64,000 bases of DNA from an uncultured Clostridia bacterium (GTDB taxonomy: Bacteria > Bacillota > Clostridia > Oscillospirales > Acutalibacteraceae), in the NCBI GenBank assembly GCA_946186245.1, contig CAMHMN010000003.1, forward strand, positions 5,733 to 69,732, given 5' to 3'. Shown one piece after another: positions 63,296 through 64,000 of this stretch. Position 1 is the stretch's first letter. Every line of letters starts with the position of its first letter. The notes beneath the pieces are model-generated. The model made no database searches, was not told the origin of the DNA, and saw only the letters and a list, made by a program, of their open reading frames with translations. A program made the translations under genes and the position numbers.

Positions 63296-63780
63296 AAAAA
63301 GAAAAAAAGCAAGCGCGCAGCGCCGAATAATGGGGTGCAGGGGGCCACTGCTCCCTGCCGGGTCAAGGGCAGCGCCCTTGCGGGAGTGGTGAGGGCAGAG
63401 CCCTCACGAGCGGAGCGGAGCGGAGCGAGCAAGACGAGCCAGGACACGCAACGGGGTCGGGCGAATACAGACGGAGGAAAGGCGAGCGCAGCGAGCATAC
63501 TGTGACACGCAGTTTCTAAAGAACACCGCGCGGTCAGGCGAATATCAATATCATCAACTATTACCAATCCACTTACATTCGCATACATTGGGTGCTTCTC
63601 AGGCGACCGCTCGCTGCTGACGCAGCATTGCTGGCACGTCATTTTCCGGCTTCGCTCCCTTTGGTTCATCAGGGTGTCATCTGATGCTTCGGCGACTCGT
63701 GGGGACGCCGTCCCCACACCCCCGCCAAAGGAGCCTTGCCCCTTTGGAATCCCATTGTACGGTGCGATTGTTGATTTTTA
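63296..63780 (+). repeat. Composite copy C of the leader/MITE-like repeat family (colinear left copy plus an inverted arm)
   Basis: The left part is colinear with copy A: AAAAAAAGCAAGCG (63302-63315), GGGTCAAGGGCAG (63360-63372), GAGCGAGCAAGA (63423-63434) and GGCGAATACAGA (63460-63471). There are perfect hairpins CAAGGGC/GCCCTTG, GTGAGGGC/GCCCTCAC and GTGGGGAC/GTCCCCAC. At 63719-63753 the GGGATTCCAAAGGGG...CCTTTGGCGGG module is present in reverse orientation. The element ends about 25 nt before the argH RBS. Confidence 0.7.
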
Positions 63781-63802
63781 GTGCAAAGGAGACTTTCAAA
63801 AT

Positions 63803-64000
63803 ATGCAGCTTTGGCAGGGACGCTTTTCAAAGGCGATCGACAAAAAAACCAACGACTTCAATTCATCCATTTCCTTCGACAGCCGGATGTTCCGCGAGGA
63901 TATCGAGGGCAGCATGGCTCATGCGGATATGCTCGGCACCTGCGGCATCATCGACCGTTCGGAAGCCGACAGGATCATCGAGGGCCTGAAGGGCATTCTC
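63803..64000 (+). CDS. argH: Argininosuccinate lyase, N-terminal 66 aa (runs off the right edge)
   Basis: ATG 63803 follows AAAGGAGAC. MQLWQGRFSKAIDKKTNDFNSSISFDSRMFREDIEGSMAHADMLGTCGII is the typical ArgH N-terminus. The track ORF 63684-63989 is in a different frame and is spurious. Confidence 0.92.
   Translation, partial: MQLWQGRFSKAIDKKTNDFNSSISFDSRMFREDIEGSMAHADMLGTCGIIDRSEADRIIEGLKGIL

Noticed and set aside
62917-63717. 266-aa minus-strand ORF, and the 83-aa plus-strand ORF (63254-63505), crossing repeat copy C
   Set aside because: They run through palindromic repeat DNA and into the SPFH gene on the wrong strand. They have no RBS, and their composition is dictated by the GC-rich hairpins.

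Overview
This 64-kb window is chromosomal DNA that looks like a GC-rich Gram-positive anaerobe. My taxonomic guess is Clostridia, possibly Oscillospiraceae/Ruminococcaceae-like. That guess rests on gene content, GGAGG-type ribosome-binding sites and AT-rich intergenic DNA, and is unverified. I support about 57 protein genes, one stand-alone 5S rRNA and many rho-independent terminators. I found no tRNA, CRISPR array, transposase, integrase or phage gene.

Content is mostly housekeeping and cell-envelope functions:
- Central and translation-related genes: pullulanase, HflX, YchF, PrmA, ArgG and the start of ArgH.
- Peptidases and small enzymes: two M42 peptidases, a Cof-type HAD hydrolase, a GNAT acetyltransferase, a NUDIX hydrolase and a YfcE-type phosphoesterase.
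- Peptidoglycan enzymes: a PdaA-like deacetylase, an S11 D-Ala-D-Ala carboxypeptidase, an M23/LysM peptidase, an L,D-transpeptidase, a VanX-like M15 dipeptidase and two large paralogous Amidase_3 proteins.
- Signalling and regulation: an OmpR/HK pair next to HtrA, an HD-GYP protein, and Rrf2 and XRE regulators.

Items most worth a second look:
1. At the left edge, a translationally coupled operon encodes a degenerate RnfC-like 2x[4Fe-4S] protein, a SPASM radical-SAM enzyme and a Cys-rich multi-zinc-ribbon protein. The last gene is truncated by the window and absent from the ORF track.
2. A repeated element family of about 200-480 bp sits immediately upstream of three unrelated + strand genes. 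Two of the three copies (A and B) run from a sigma-A-like promoter to the RBS, with GC-rich hairpins bounded by inverted termini (CGATTGTAAAAG / CTTTTACAATCG); the third is composite and lacks the left terminus.
3. An orphan 5S rRNA gene has its own promoter and terminator.
4. An untracked 47-aa CXXC micro-ORF lies between a TlpA-like thioredoxin lipoprotein and a NapH-like polyferredoxin membrane protein.
5. A decayed 3-prime relic of a third amidase gene lies upstream of one of the amidase paralogs.

All product calls come from motif recognition by eye. No database search was run.
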